A DNA stretch of 47,524 nucleotides. Source: an uncultured Candidatus Saccharibacteria bacterium. GTDB taxonomy: Bacteria; Patescibacteriota; Minisyncoccia; Minisyncoccales; CAZJYT01. Within the stretch, counting starts at the first letter, position 1. Each line of letters starts with the position of its first letter. The stretch lies in contig CAZJYT010000001.1 in assembly GCA_964550325.1 (NCBI GenBank), positions 1-47,524 on the forward strand, given 5' to 3'. Below, one piece after another: positions 1-7,521 of the stretch. The notes under the pieces were generated by a model. It did no database searches, was not told the origin of the DNA, and worked only from the letters and a program-made list of their open reading frames with translations. A program made the position numbers and the translations under genes.

Positions 1-3
1 ATT

Positions 4-25
4 TGCTATTTATAAGTAAAGAGAT
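4..25 (+). promoter_or_regulatory. conserved leader / extended -10-like element (TGcTATTTA) upstream of the first + gene, cut by the window edge
   Basis: 19 nt TATTTATAAGTAAAGAGAT (7-25) are identical to 6564-6582 upstream of the Cas4-like gene. Both copies are preceded by TGn and followed by ATG within 0-2 nt. Confidence 0.3.
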
Positions 26-301
26 ATGAAAATAAAGAACAAAATAAGCAAAAGAAAAAAGCAACAGTTAAGAAAGTTATTTGTCTCTTTTTTTGTAAGA
101 GAATTAGGAATTCCTCAATCCCTACTCGCTTTTATTCTAAATGTTTCAAGACAAAGAATCTTCCAGATGGTTAGAAATCCAAGATTAGACTTTAAAACAG
201 CAGAAAGATACAAACTTTACGAACTAAAAGACCTGATAGATTTAGAAAGATTTAAGAAATTGATAAAAGAAATAGATCTTTTAAGAAAATCAGATTTATA
301 A
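26..301 (+). CDS. small basic protein with HTH-like segment (putative transcriptional regulator)
   Basis: 91-aa ORF. LGIPQSLLAFILNVSRQRIFQMV resembles a helix-turn-helix. First gene of the + block; its stop overlaps the next start (TAATG). Confidence 0.4.
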   Translation: MKIKNKISKRKKQQLRKLFVSFFVRELGIPQSLLAFILNVSRQRIFQMVRNPRLDFKTAERYKLYELKDLIDLERFKKLIKEIDLLRKSDL

Positions 302-726
302 TGGCTTCTGATAAATGTCCAAGATTTAATAATTGTAATGCTCCTTTATGTCCTTTAGATAAAGAGAGTTTAGAATTTGGAATTTGGTATCCTGATGAAG
401 AAATTTGTCAGAATAGGAACTTCTCAAAACTTCGTTGGATTAGAAATCAGAAGAAGATACTTAAAGTAAATGCTCCAAAAGACAGATACTTTAGTTTCAC
501 AATGCTTAAAAGAAAGTGTGTTATCGGAAAGAAGATGCAAGGATTAGACCCAGATGAGCCAGAAGGACCTCAACTAGAAAGATGGTTAAAACAGCATCCA
601 GAAAGAAAGCCCTTATCTGAAAAACAGAAACAAGTCATAGCAAAACTGAAGACCTCTTTAAAAACCCCAATCCGCCGAGGTTTTAAAGGTCAAAAACCCC
701 AATCTAACGATGTTTTACAGACCTAA
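301..726 (+). CDS. Cys-rich putative metal-binding protein
   Basis: 141-aa ORF with N-terminal CPRFNNCNAPLCPLD...EEIC cysteine cluster. The last ~60 nt of the ORF are formed by repeat copy A (665-749), so the C-terminus is uncertain. Confidence 0.5.
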   Translation: MASDKCPRFNNCNAPLCPLDKESLEFGIWYPDEEICQNRNFSKLRWIRNQKKILKVNAPKDRYFSFTMLKRKCVIGKKMQGLDPDEPEGPQLERWLKQHPERKPLSEKQKQVIAKLKTSLKTPIRRGFKGQKPQSNDVLQT

Positions 727-749
727 TATCCTTTAGAGGTATAAAACAT
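665..749 (+). repeat. 85-nt repeat, copy A (two CCAATC boxes 32 nt apart, then AGACCTAATATCCTTTAGAGGTATAAAACAT)
   Basis: Ungapped alignment to 7989-8073 gives 73/85 identical positions. Ends 1 nt before ATG 751 and supplies its GAGGT ribosome-binding site. Confidence 0.85.
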
Positions 750-750
750 T

Positions 751-945
751 ATGAAGGAAGAAAAAGTTATCAAAAATCCATTTAAAGACCTTAAAAACGA
801 ACTTCTTTCTCAATTTACCTTTTCAGACTTGAAAAATCCAGTAAAGAGGATAAAAATAAAAGAAACCTTACAGACTTTAGATGATTGTTCTACCAGATAT
901 CTTGATCTTTTAAGAAGATTAAAAAACCTAACAAGGTATTTCTAA
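751..945 (+). CDS. hypothetical protein (64 aa)
   Basis: ORF with GAGGT 9 nt upstream of ATG. No recognisable motif. Confidence 0.5.
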   Translation: MKEEKVIKNPFKDLKNELLSQFTFSDLKNPVKRIKIKETLQTLDDCSTRYLDLLRRLKNLTRYF

Positions 946-1058
946 TGGCTTGGGAGTTCCTTGAAGTATCTGTCTTCTTTCTCTTTCTTTCTGTAGTTGT
1001 AGAGATTTTGAAGGCAGACGAGGGCTCCTCGGCCATAAAAGGTCTAATTATACTTTAA
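945..1058 (+). CDS. unannotated small hydrophobic peptide (37 aa, MAWEFLEVSVFFLFLSVVVEILKADEGSSAIKGLIIL)
   Basis: Hand-translated. Start overlaps the upstream stop (TAATG) and it ends 4 nt before the next ATG, helping fill an otherwise non-coding gap. Below the ORF-track size cutoff. Confidence 0.35.
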   Translation: MAWEFLEVSVFFLFLSVVVEILKADEGSSAIKGLIIL

Positions 1059-1062
1059 ACCT

Positions 1063-1215
1063 ATGAGAAAATACGGAATAAAAAGAGGAGCAGGGAAAGG
1101 AAAGGGAATGCCAGGAGGAGGAAGAAGAAATAAGAATATTGGTCCCTGTAGATTTGGAGGCCCTGGTTTTGGAAAAGGAGGAGGCAAAGGTAAAGGTAAA
1201 GGAAGACTAACTTAA
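1063..1215 (+). CDS. unannotated Gly/Lys/Arg-rich 50-aa peptide (MRKYGIKRGAGKGKGMPGGGRRNKNIGPCRFGGPGFGKGGGKGKGKGRLT)
   Basis: Hand-translated. Ends 2 nt before ATG 1218. The 71-aa minus-strand ORF 1061-1276 is its low-complexity shadow. Composition is reminiscent of DUF5320-type G/R-rich small proteins (from memory, unverified). Confidence 0.45.
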   Translation: MRKYGIKRGAGKGKGMPGGGRRNKNIGPCRFGGPGFGKGGGKGKGKGRLT

Positions 1216-1217
1216 TT

Positions 1218-1580
1218 ATGAAGAAGATTAAATTAGACCAACCCATAAAAGACATCCAGGGAAGAAATTTAACCACAACTGATACTAAAGGAAAGAGAAA
1301 AAACGCAACTCTCAGAGATTATCTATTACTCAGATTAGGAAGTAAGTTTGAGATTCTTCAGGAGAAAGAATACTTTTGGACATACGATTTAGGAATAAAG
1401 ATTGCTGATCCTAAAAACAAAGAAATAGAATTAAGTGAAGATCAGGTTGAGTTTCTTAAGAGGATAATTAAAAACAACAAGGCAAAAATAGTTAAAAACA
1501 CCCCAATGGGTCCTCAAGAGGAGGAAAGTTATCTCTTTTCTCCTTACGAAGTAGGTCAGATTCTAAAACTTCTCTCCTAA
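1218..1580 (+). CDS. hypothetical protein (120 aa)
   Basis: ORF tightly packed between neighbours. No motif recognised. Confidence 0.55.
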   Translation: MKKIKLDQPIKDIQGRNLTTTDTKGKRKNATLRDYLLLRLGSKFEILQEKEYFWTYDLGIKIADPKNKEIELSEDQVEFLKRIIKNNKAKIVKNTPMGPQEEESYLFSPYEVGQILKLLS

Positions 1581-1581
1581 T

Positions 1582-2073
1582 ATGGAAAAAGCAGATCAGA
1601 TATTCAAATATGCTTTAGCAATTCAGAGGCTAAAGAAGGATATTGCTTCTAACTATTACGAGATAGGGAAAATCTTAAGAGAAATCAAGGAAAAGAAGTT
1701 ATACAAATTCTACGGTGAGCATATTAGAACCTTTGAAGATTTATTGGAAGAAGAAGAATTCTCTTTTAAAAGAAGAACTGCCTATTACCTGATTGAGATT
1801 TCAAAATTCCCTAAAGAAATCATACTTCAGATAGGAGGTTATGAAAGAACAGTAAGACTTTTACCCTATTTAAAGAAAGACCAAACAATAGCAGAGAAAG
1901 TAAAAGGATTACCAAGGAAAGAATTTGATAAGTTTTTATTGGAACTAAAAGGAAAAGATGGAGATTGTCTTCACGAAGAAAAGGAATACTTTATCCTTGT
2001 TAGGTGTAAAAGATGTAAAAAGACATTGAAATTTCAGAGGATAAATAAAGAAGATATCAATATTGAGATATGA
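1582..2073 (+). CDS. putative DNA-binding protein with C-terminal C-H...CxxC zinc ribbon (paralog of 7487-7954)
   Basis: 163 aa. Helical N-terminal part (FEDLLEEEEFSFKRRTAYYLIEISKF). The C-terminus GDCLHEEKEYFILVRCKRCKKTLKF aligns with GCAHTFELVKFCPRCKKIFRL of ORF 7487-7954. Confidence 0.5.
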   Translation: MEKADQIFKYALAIQRLKKDIASNYYEIGKILREIKEKKLYKFYGEHIRTFEDLLEEEEFSFKRRTAYYLIEISKFPKEIILQIGGYERTVRLLPYLKKDQTIAEKVKGLPRKEFDKFLLELKGKDGDCLHEEKEYFILVRCKRCKKTLKFQRINKEDINIEI

Positions 2074-2243
2074 AAAAGTTAAATAAAACCAAAAGATTAA
2101 AAACGCAAACTAAAATAAAAAGGTCTCAAAAAGCACAAGATTTTAAATGTTTAAGTCTTGATAACCTTATGGGTTTTACATTCTACCTTTTCTTTGTTGT
2201 TCTTTTTCTTATTTTTCTTTGTGAACTTTTAAGAAGAATATGA
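2070..2243 (+). CDS. unannotated 57-aa tail-anchored membrane protein
   Basis: Hand-translated: MKKLNKTKRLKTQTKIKRSQKAQDFKCLSLDNLMGFTFYLFFVVLFLIFLCELLRRI. ATGA start/stop overlaps at both ends (2070-2073, 2240-2243) exactly fill the 166-nt gap. Confidence 0.5.
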   Translation: MKKLNKTKRLKTQTKIKRSQKAQDFKCLSLDNLMGFTFYLFFVVLFLIFLCELLRRI

Positions 2244-2536
2244 AAAAAGAAAAGCAAAAAGGATACAAATTAGAGCACTATCTGGAAACACTCTTTAGAA
2301 AGAAAAGAATTGCCTGTCAGAGATTAGGACAACCAGGACAACCAGATTTGTATTTCAAAGACTTGAAGATGACAGGAGAGTGTAAGAATAAAAAGAACCT
2401 AAAGACCATCTATGATATGAAAGGAAATAAGGATTTTCTCTTTCTAAAGTGGAGTTCAAGGAAAATCAGAAAGAAACCAATTTTAGTGGTAATGGAGTTA
2501 AAAACCTTTCTAAAAATCATAAATAAAAGGTCTTAA
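2240..2536 (+). CDS. PD-(D/E)XK nuclease, Holliday-junction-resolvase (Hjc)-like
   Basis: 98 aa. E12 ... GQPD(36-37) ... ECK(47-49) spacing fits the E / PD / (D/E)xK pattern of Hjc-type resolvases. Confidence 0.45.
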   Translation: MKKEKQKGYKLEHYLETLFRKKRIACQRLGQPGQPDLYFKDLKMTGECKNKKNLKTIYDMKGNKDFLFLKWSSRKIRKKPILVVMELKTFLKIINKRS

Positions 2537-2554
2537 GTGCAACATATTGCACAT
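2535..2554 (+). promoter_or_regulatory. conserved stem-loop element, copy 1 (AAGTGCAA-CATA-TTGCACAT)
   Basis: Matches the 20-nt consensus in 3' register with one base missing from the 5' arm (AA-GTGCAA vs AATGTGCAA). Starts at the stop codon of ORF 2240-2536 and is followed by AATTTTT. Lies 18 nt upstream of ATG 2572. Confidence 0.6.
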
Positions 2555-2571
2555 AATTTTTAAAACAAACT

Positions 2572-3333
2572 ATGGAAAGGGAAGAAATTTTAAAACAAAT
2601 GGAGGAACAAAGCAGAGAAGATGAATTTAGAGTTCCTCCAGTAATACTCTATCCTATTTTAAGATTAAACGGTCAAACAAATAAGTTTTATCTAATAGAG
2701 TTTGATAAGGAAGGAAATAAAAGTGTAGCAGAGGTTCAGAGACCTTTGAAAGGAGTTATCCTTACTTCTAGAAGGAAATTGTTTAGTTTTACCAGAGAGG
2801 AATTACTTTTCTCTAACGAATATCTAGGAACCAAAGAAGAAATTACCCTGTTTAGACAGAATAGGAAAACAAAAAAGGTTCAGAGAATTGATAAAGGATT
2901 AGAAGACCCGATTAGAGAGAAATACCCGAATTTGAAGGTTCAATTTGTTCTCTATGTGCTTTTTAGAAACAAGTTGGTAAAGTTACCAGTAAAAGGAGCC
3001 TCTTTATCTCACCTGTTTGACTTCTACAGAGAGTTTTCTTCAGGAGAACACGTTTTTGAGTATAATACCATCTTTGATTCTCAAGAGGAGGAAAGTGAGT
3101 TAGGAAAATACTTTGCTTTAACTTTTACTAAAGGAGAGAAACTTCAATTAGAAGATTTAAAGATTGCTGCTGAAGAACTAAATAAACTCTATCAGGATGA
3201 GATGTTAAGACAGAAATACTTTAAGAGTTTAGAAACAGTTCAAGAAACCGAAGAAGAAGTTTCAGAAACCCCAACCGAAACTCCTAAAGAAGAAGATTTA
3301 GAAAAAATTCCCATTGTAGAAGAAAATGAATAA
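2572..3333 (+). CDS. hypothetical protein, possible ssDNA-binding protein
   Basis: 253 aa. Strongly acidic C-terminal tail (EEEVSETPTETPKEEDLEKIPIVEENE), as in phage SSBs, and sits next to nuclease genes. Function is weakly supported. Confidence 0.3.
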   Translation: MEREEILKQMEEQSREDEFRVPPVILYPILRLNGQTNKFYLIEFDKEGNKSVAEVQRPLKGVILTSRRKLFSFTREELLFSNEYLGTKEEITLFRQNRKTKKVQRIDKGLEDPIREKYPNLKVQFVLYVLFRNKLVKLPVKGASLSHLFDFYREFSSGEHVFEYNTIFDSQEEESELGKYFALTFTKGEKLQLEDLKIAAEELNKLYQDEMLRQKYFKSLETVQETEEEVSETPTETPKEEDLEKIPIVEENE

Positions 3334-3625
3334 CAAAAACATCAAAAACTATCTTAAGAATCTTGAATTAGACAGCCTTTCTTCTCTCTACAAGAAATTC
3401 TTTTTAAAGGCTTTGCTTTTAACTTTGAAAAGGAATGCTCTTAAGGATAAACCAGAAGGAGAGATTATAGAATCAAATGTAGATCTTGAAAAAAGTCTTA
3501 AATTAGGAATGGAAGTAAGAGAAGTAAAGACCAAAGAGCAACTTCTAAAGGAACTTGATAAAGAGATAAAAGAAAATCAGAAGGATTTGGATTTTGTTTC
3601 TGAAGAGATTAAGAAAAGGTTATGA
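3326..3625 (+). CDS. hypothetical coiled-coil protein (99 aa)
   Basis: ORF overlaps both neighbours by a few nt. No motif. Confidence 0.5.
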   Translation: MNNKNIKNYLKNLELDSLSSLYKKFFLKALLLTLKRNALKDKPEGEIIESNVDLEKSLKLGMEVREVKTKEQLLKELDKEIKENQKDLDFVSEEIKKRL

Positions 3626-4623
3626 AACTTCTTTATATTCCTTGTCACTCTATTGCAGAGTATGATGAGATAAAACTCTTTTCTGAAATAGGAATAGAGG
3701 TCTTTAGCACTGGTTCTTATTTTGTTCCTTCCAAACCTGTAGACCCTAAAAGACCTCCTTTGAATATTAAGAGACATCCAGAATACGAACCTTTGGTAGG
3801 AAGCAATCCAGAAGTAATTCCCAGAGAGTTGGTAAAAAACTTTGATATTGTTTTCTTTCACTGGCTTCCTTTAAGAATTCTTAACAACTGGGAAAATCTA
3901 AAAGACAAGAAGGTAATTTTAAGAACCAATGGCCAATCAGTTTCTCAAAATGAACTTCAGATAAGAGAACTAAAAAAGAGAGGAGTTATTATAGTTCGTT
4001 ATTCTCCTAAAGAAAGAAACATCCCTTTCTATGCTGGAGAAGATGCTTTGATTAGGTTTTACAAAGATCCAGAAGAGTTTAAAGACTGGAATGGAAAAAA
4101 GAAAAGGATTATCAGTTTCTGTCAATCATTGCTAAAAAGAGGCCCTTACTGTAATGCTCCTGTTTTTCTTAAAGCAACAGAAGGATTTGAGAGAAAACTT
4201 TTTGGTCCTGATAACGAAGAACTAAAAGAAATCTGGGGAGGTTGTTTGGATTACGAGCAACTTAAAAAAGAACTTCAGGATAATAGGGTTTATTTCTATA
4301 CAGGAACAATGCCTGCTTCTTATACCTTAAACTTTATTGAAGCCTTTATGACAGGAATTCCTATTGTTTCTATAGGAAAGAAATTAGGAAATCCTTTTTG
4401 GGATTCTAATCTTGACCTCTTCGAGATTGGAGATCTAATAGAAAACGGAAAGGAAGGTTTTGTTTCAGATGATTTGACCAATCTTAAAGGATATATCAAA
4501 ATCTTACTTGATGATTATTCTTTGGCAAAAGAAATAAGTAAAAATGCAAGAGAAAAAGCAATAGAACTATTTGGTAAGGAAAAAATTAAAAGACAATGGA
4601 TAAACTTCTTCAAAAATCTATAA
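3622..4623 (+). CDS. glycosyltransferase (GT-B, GT1/GT4-like)
   Basis: C-terminal half YTLNFIEAFMTGIPIVSIGKKLGN...ENGKEGFVSDD...AREKAIELFGKEKIKRQW matches the GT4 donor-binding region. Confidence 0.7.
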   Translation: MKLLYIPCHSIAEYDEIKLFSEIGIEVFSTGSYFVPSKPVDPKRPPLNIKRHPEYEPLVGSNPEVIPRELVKNFDIVFFHWLPLRILNNWENLKDKKVILRTNGQSVSQNELQIRELKKRGVIIVRYSPKERNIPFYAGEDALIRFYKDPEEFKDWNGKKKRIISFCQSLLKRGPYCNAPVFLKATEGFERKLFGPDNEELKEIWGGCLDYEQLKKELQDNRVYFYTGTMPASYTLNFIEAFMTGIPIVSIGKKLGNPFWDSNLDLFEIGDLIENGKEGFVSDDLTNLKGYIKILLDDYSLAKEISKNAREKAIELFGKEKIKRQWINFFKNL

Positions 4624-5228
4624 AAAGGCTTGAGACTATAGAGGAATTTGTTTTTGATAAGAATTGGTGGTCAGAGAAATATGCTTCTAAATTAGATGCT
4701 CGCTTTATTACCTTTAAGACTGCTTTAAATATCTTTCTTCAAAGAAATGGGAAACTCATTCTTGAAACAGGATGTTTAAGACTTCCTGATGATTATGGTG
4801 CTGGTCAATCTACTCTTATTTTTGCTGATTTCTGCTCTCGCTATAAGAAAAAACTTATCTCTGTAGATAATGATGCTGAACATCTAAATACTGCTAAAGA
4901 GGTAGTTAAGCCTTTTTCTAATTCTGTAGAGTTCTTTTTAGAGGACTCCTTAACCTTTTTCCGAAACTACCAAGGAGAAAAAATAGACCTTCTCTATTTA
5001 GATAGCCTTGATGCTAATCCTAACAGTGAAGAAGAGACAAAAAAAGCCCAAATTCATCAACTCCGAGAGTCTCAACTTGCCTTTCCTCATCTTTCTAACA
5101 AAGCCATTGTTCTTTTAGATGATAACCAACTTCCCTATGGAGGAAAAACATATCTTTCAAAAAGATTTTTCCTTTCTAAAGGTTTTACCCTTTTAATAGA
5201 TTCCCAGCAGGTTTTGCTCTCAAAATGA
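4596..5228 (+). CDS. class I SAM-dependent methyltransferase (Methyltransf_24 / O-MTase-like)
   Basis: Motif I-like ILETGCLRLPDDYGAGQS, then LISVDND, IDLLYLDS and IVLLDD acidic-loop motifs in the order expected for a Rossmann MTase. Confidence 0.6.
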   Translation: MDKLLQKSIKRLETIEEFVFDKNWWSEKYASKLDARFITFKTALNIFLQRNGKLILETGCLRLPDDYGAGQSTLIFADFCSRYKKKLISVDNDAEHLNTAKEVVKPFSNSVEFFLEDSLTFFRNYQGEKIDLLYLDSLDANPNSEEETKKAQIHQLRESQLAFPHLSNKAIVLLDDNQLPYGGKTYLSKRFFLSKGFTLLIDSQQVLLSK

Positions 5229-6229
5229 ATGTATTCTCTGATTACCACCATTCTGCTCTCTATCACTCTTTAGAACTTCTCTTTGAGAAAAGACTTAATT
5301 GGAACCTATACAGACCCATAGGAAAAGAATGGGCAGAACAGGATTTTTGGAGATATTCAACCCAACAAGACACCATTAACCAGTATCTCGAGATTCCTTC
5401 TGATGCTAAAGAGAAAGATGGGGTTTATTTTGTCTTTAATCAAAGATACAAAAACTATCATAAGTGTCTTACTTTAGATAAGTTTTTCTCAATGCCTATT
5501 GATATTGTTATTGCTTCTGTTTTTCCTCACGAACTTACCTTTAAAAGACTTTGTGATTTACATCCTTCTAAACCAAAACTTATAAGGCAAATAGGAAACT
5601 TTAATGAACCTGTAAACCTTGATATCTGTAAGAACATAATGGATTCTGCTGATTTTAGAACCTTCTCTTCTTATCACAATGTTATTTACTATCATCAGGA
5701 ATTTGATTTAGATATCTTTCATTATGAAGCTCCTAAAGAGACAAAAAAAATAAGAAGCCTTATCAATTGTCTTCCTCACAATGATTACTACTATCTTTGG
5801 GAAGAGTTTAAAAATGAACTAAAGGAATTTGAATGGAGAATGCATGGGATTTTAGGAGAAATGATAGAAGATGATGAAGAAAAGATTGCCAAAACTATGA
5901 GAGATTCTACCTTTATCTGGCAGGTAAAAGGAGGAAATTCAGAAGGTTATGGCTTTGTTATTCATCAGGCTTTTGCTTTAGGAAGACCTATAATTGTTAA
6001 ATCTTCTCTTTATAAAGGAAAACCAGCAGAAAAACTTATAGAGGATTTAAAGACCTGTATTGATTTAGACCTTCATTCAAAACAAGAAGCAGTAAACCTT
6101 ATAAGAGAATACTCAAAACCAGAAAAGCATAAACAACTCTGTGAAAATGCCTATAAGAGATTTAAAGAAGTTGTTGATTTTGATAAAGAATTTGAAACAA
6201 TCAAGAAGTTTTTAGAAAACTTAAAATGA
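5225..6229 (+). CDS. probable glycosyltransferase (GT-B C-terminal domain)
   Basis: 334 aa. EGYGFVIHQAFALGRPIIVKSS ... ENAYKRFKEVVDF resembles the GT-B nucleotide-sugar binding half. The N-terminal half is unrecognised. Confidence 0.45.
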   Translation: MNVFSDYHHSALYHSLELLFEKRLNWNLYRPIGKEWAEQDFWRYSTQQDTINQYLEIPSDAKEKDGVYFVFNQRYKNYHKCLTLDKFFSMPIDIVIASVFPHELTFKRLCDLHPSKPKLIRQIGNFNEPVNLDICKNIMDSADFRTFSSYHNVIYYHQEFDLDIFHYEAPKETKKIRSLINCLPHNDYYYLWEEFKNELKEFEWRMHGILGEMIEDDEEKIAKTMRDSTFIWQVKGGNSEGYGFVIHQAFALGRPIIVKSSLYKGKPAEKLIEDLKTCIDLDLHSKQEAVNLIREYSKPEKHKQLCENAYKRFKEVVDFDKEFETIKKFLENLK

Positions 6230-6531
6230 GTTTGAAAATCAAAAAATTTTTAGGAAATGGCAAGGTTTTAGAGATAGAAGAAAAAAAGGGAAAAGTTATT
6301 GAAAGAGAAAGAGAGATTTCTAAAGAAGAAATAGAGTATTTTGAAAGAGAAAAGAAAATATCTGAATTTGCTGCTTTGGAAAAAGAAAGAGCAGAAATAG
6401 AAAATGAACTTTCCTTTTTATATCCTTTCTTTGAAGATGAACAGAAAAAGATTTCTGAACTAGAAGAAAAACTGAGAATTATTGAAGAAAAGCAAAAAAA
6501 ACTTCAGAACGAAATATCAAGAAATTCCTAA
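6226..6531 (+). CDS. hypothetical coiled-coil protein (101 aa)
   Basis: E/K-rich heptad-like ORF with ATGA overlap to the upstream gene. Confidence 0.5.
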   Translation: MSLKIKKFLGNGKVLEIEEKKGKVIEREREISKEEIEYFEREKKISEFAALEKERAEIENELSFLYPFFEDEQKKISELEEKLRIIEEKQKKLQNEISRNS

Positions 6532-6540
6532 AAAAAATCA

Positions 6541-6582
6541 TTGATTTTCTTTTCTTTTTGTGTTATTTATAAGTAAAGAGAT
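6541..6582 (+). promoter_or_regulatory. putative sigma70-like promoter with extended -10 plus conserved leader (copy 2)
   Basis: TTGATT (6541-6546), 17-nt spacer ending in TGt, TATTTA (6564-6569). 6564-6582 is identical to 7-25. Confidence 0.35.
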
Positions 6583-7204
6583 GTTGAAGAAACTTATAAA
6601 ATTCTACTATGAGAATAGCCAAGAGTTTGAAAGACAGCCCCATCTTTATGTGACTGATATTGCCCGTTGTCCTCGTGCTGTCTATTTTTCCTTTAAAACT
6701 GATGAAAGGATTCCTTTTGATGATGTAATGTCCAGAGTCTTTGATAGAGGAAGTGAAACTCATAAAAACCTCCTTTCTGTTCTTTACGAATTAGGAGTTT
6801 TAGAGGATTCAGAAGTTAGAATTCCAGAAAACAACCTTGTCTCTGGAAGGGTAGATGGAATTTTAAAGATTGATAATGAGAGATATCTTTTAGAGATAAA
6901 GACAATTAAGGATTTTGGATTTCAGAAACTCATAGAACAGGGTCCTATTAAGGCACACATAGACCAAATTCAACTCTATTTATACTTCTTAAAACTTAAA
7001 AAAGGCTTCCTTCTTTATGAGAACAAAGACAATCAGATACTTAAAGAGTATTCAGTTTCTCTCTCTTTACCCTACGCAGAGAAACTTATCTTTAAACTCA
7101 AAAGGTTAAAGTTTCTAATAGATAATGATATTCTCCCTGAAAAGACAAAAGAAACCTGGCAATGTAAGAACTGTCCTTTCAGGGAGATTTGTAAAAAAGT
7201 ATGA
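6581..7204 (+). CDS. Cas4-like / RecB-family PD-(D/E)XK exonuclease with 4-Cys Fe-S cluster motif
   Basis: N-terminal Cys (DIARCPRAVYF), GRVDGIL...LLEIKT (D...ExK), QIQLYLYF (QxxxY), C-terminal CKNCPFREIC (Cx2Cx5C). Start moved from GTG 6560 to ATG 6581, which follows the conserved leader. Confidence 0.8.
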   Translation: MLKKLIKFYYENSQEFERQPHLYVTDIARCPRAVYFSFKTDERIPFDDVMSRVFDRGSETHKNLLSVLYELGVLEDSEVRIPENNLVSGRVDGILKIDNERYLLEIKTIKDFGFQKLIEQGPIKAHIDQIQLYLYFLKLKKGFLLYENKDNQILKEYSVSLSLPYAEKLIFKLKRLKFLIDNDILPEKTKETWQCKNCPFREICKKV

Positions 7205-7521
7205 AAGAACTCTTGGAACTTTTATTAAGATTAGAGGAAAAAGGCTTAAGTTCTCCTATTCTTAACTCTATCAAGGAGATTTTAGAACTGGAAGAAAAGA
7301 GAAAAGAAATTCATCTTAAAAGGCTTTTGATTTCTCTTTTTCTTATTTTTAATCCTAAATCGACTATCAAGGAAGCAAAAGAGAAAATAGAAAAGGTCTT
7401 TGATGAAATTTCTCTTAAAAAAGAAAACTATCTTGATTTATCTCTTTCAAAAGAAGAAATAAAAAAGATAATCAAAGAGTTGAAAAATGGAAAACCTGAA
7501 CAAACTAGCAAAGGCTTATAA
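7201..7521 (+). CDS. hypothetical protein (106 aa)
   Basis: ORF with ATGA overlap to the Cas4-like gene. No motif. Confidence 0.5.
   Translation: MKELLELLLRLEEKGLSSPILNSIKEILELEEKRKEIHLKRLLISLFLIFNPKSTIKEAKEKIEKVFDEISLKKENYLDLSLSKEEIKKIIKELKNGKPEQTSKGL

Noticed and set aside
946-1062. Possible tRNA or small RNA in the apparently non-coding stretch after ORF 751-945
   Set aside because: No cloverleaf, T-loop (GTTCGAATC-like) or anticodon arm could be drawn. The stretch is fully explained by a coupled 37-aa ORF.
1061-1276. 71-aa minus-strand ORF in the early + block
   Set aside because: It is a hydrophobic low-complexity mirror of the G/K-rich + strand micro-ORF (1063-1215). It lies on the wrong strand for the operon and overlaps the start of ORF 1218-1580.
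6560-6580. GTG start at 6560 for the Cas4-like gene (ORF track) and TTG starts at 36894 and 41108
   Set aside because: Each has an in-frame ATG a few codons downstream with better context. The extra N-terminal residues overlap promoter, leader or upstream-gene sequence.
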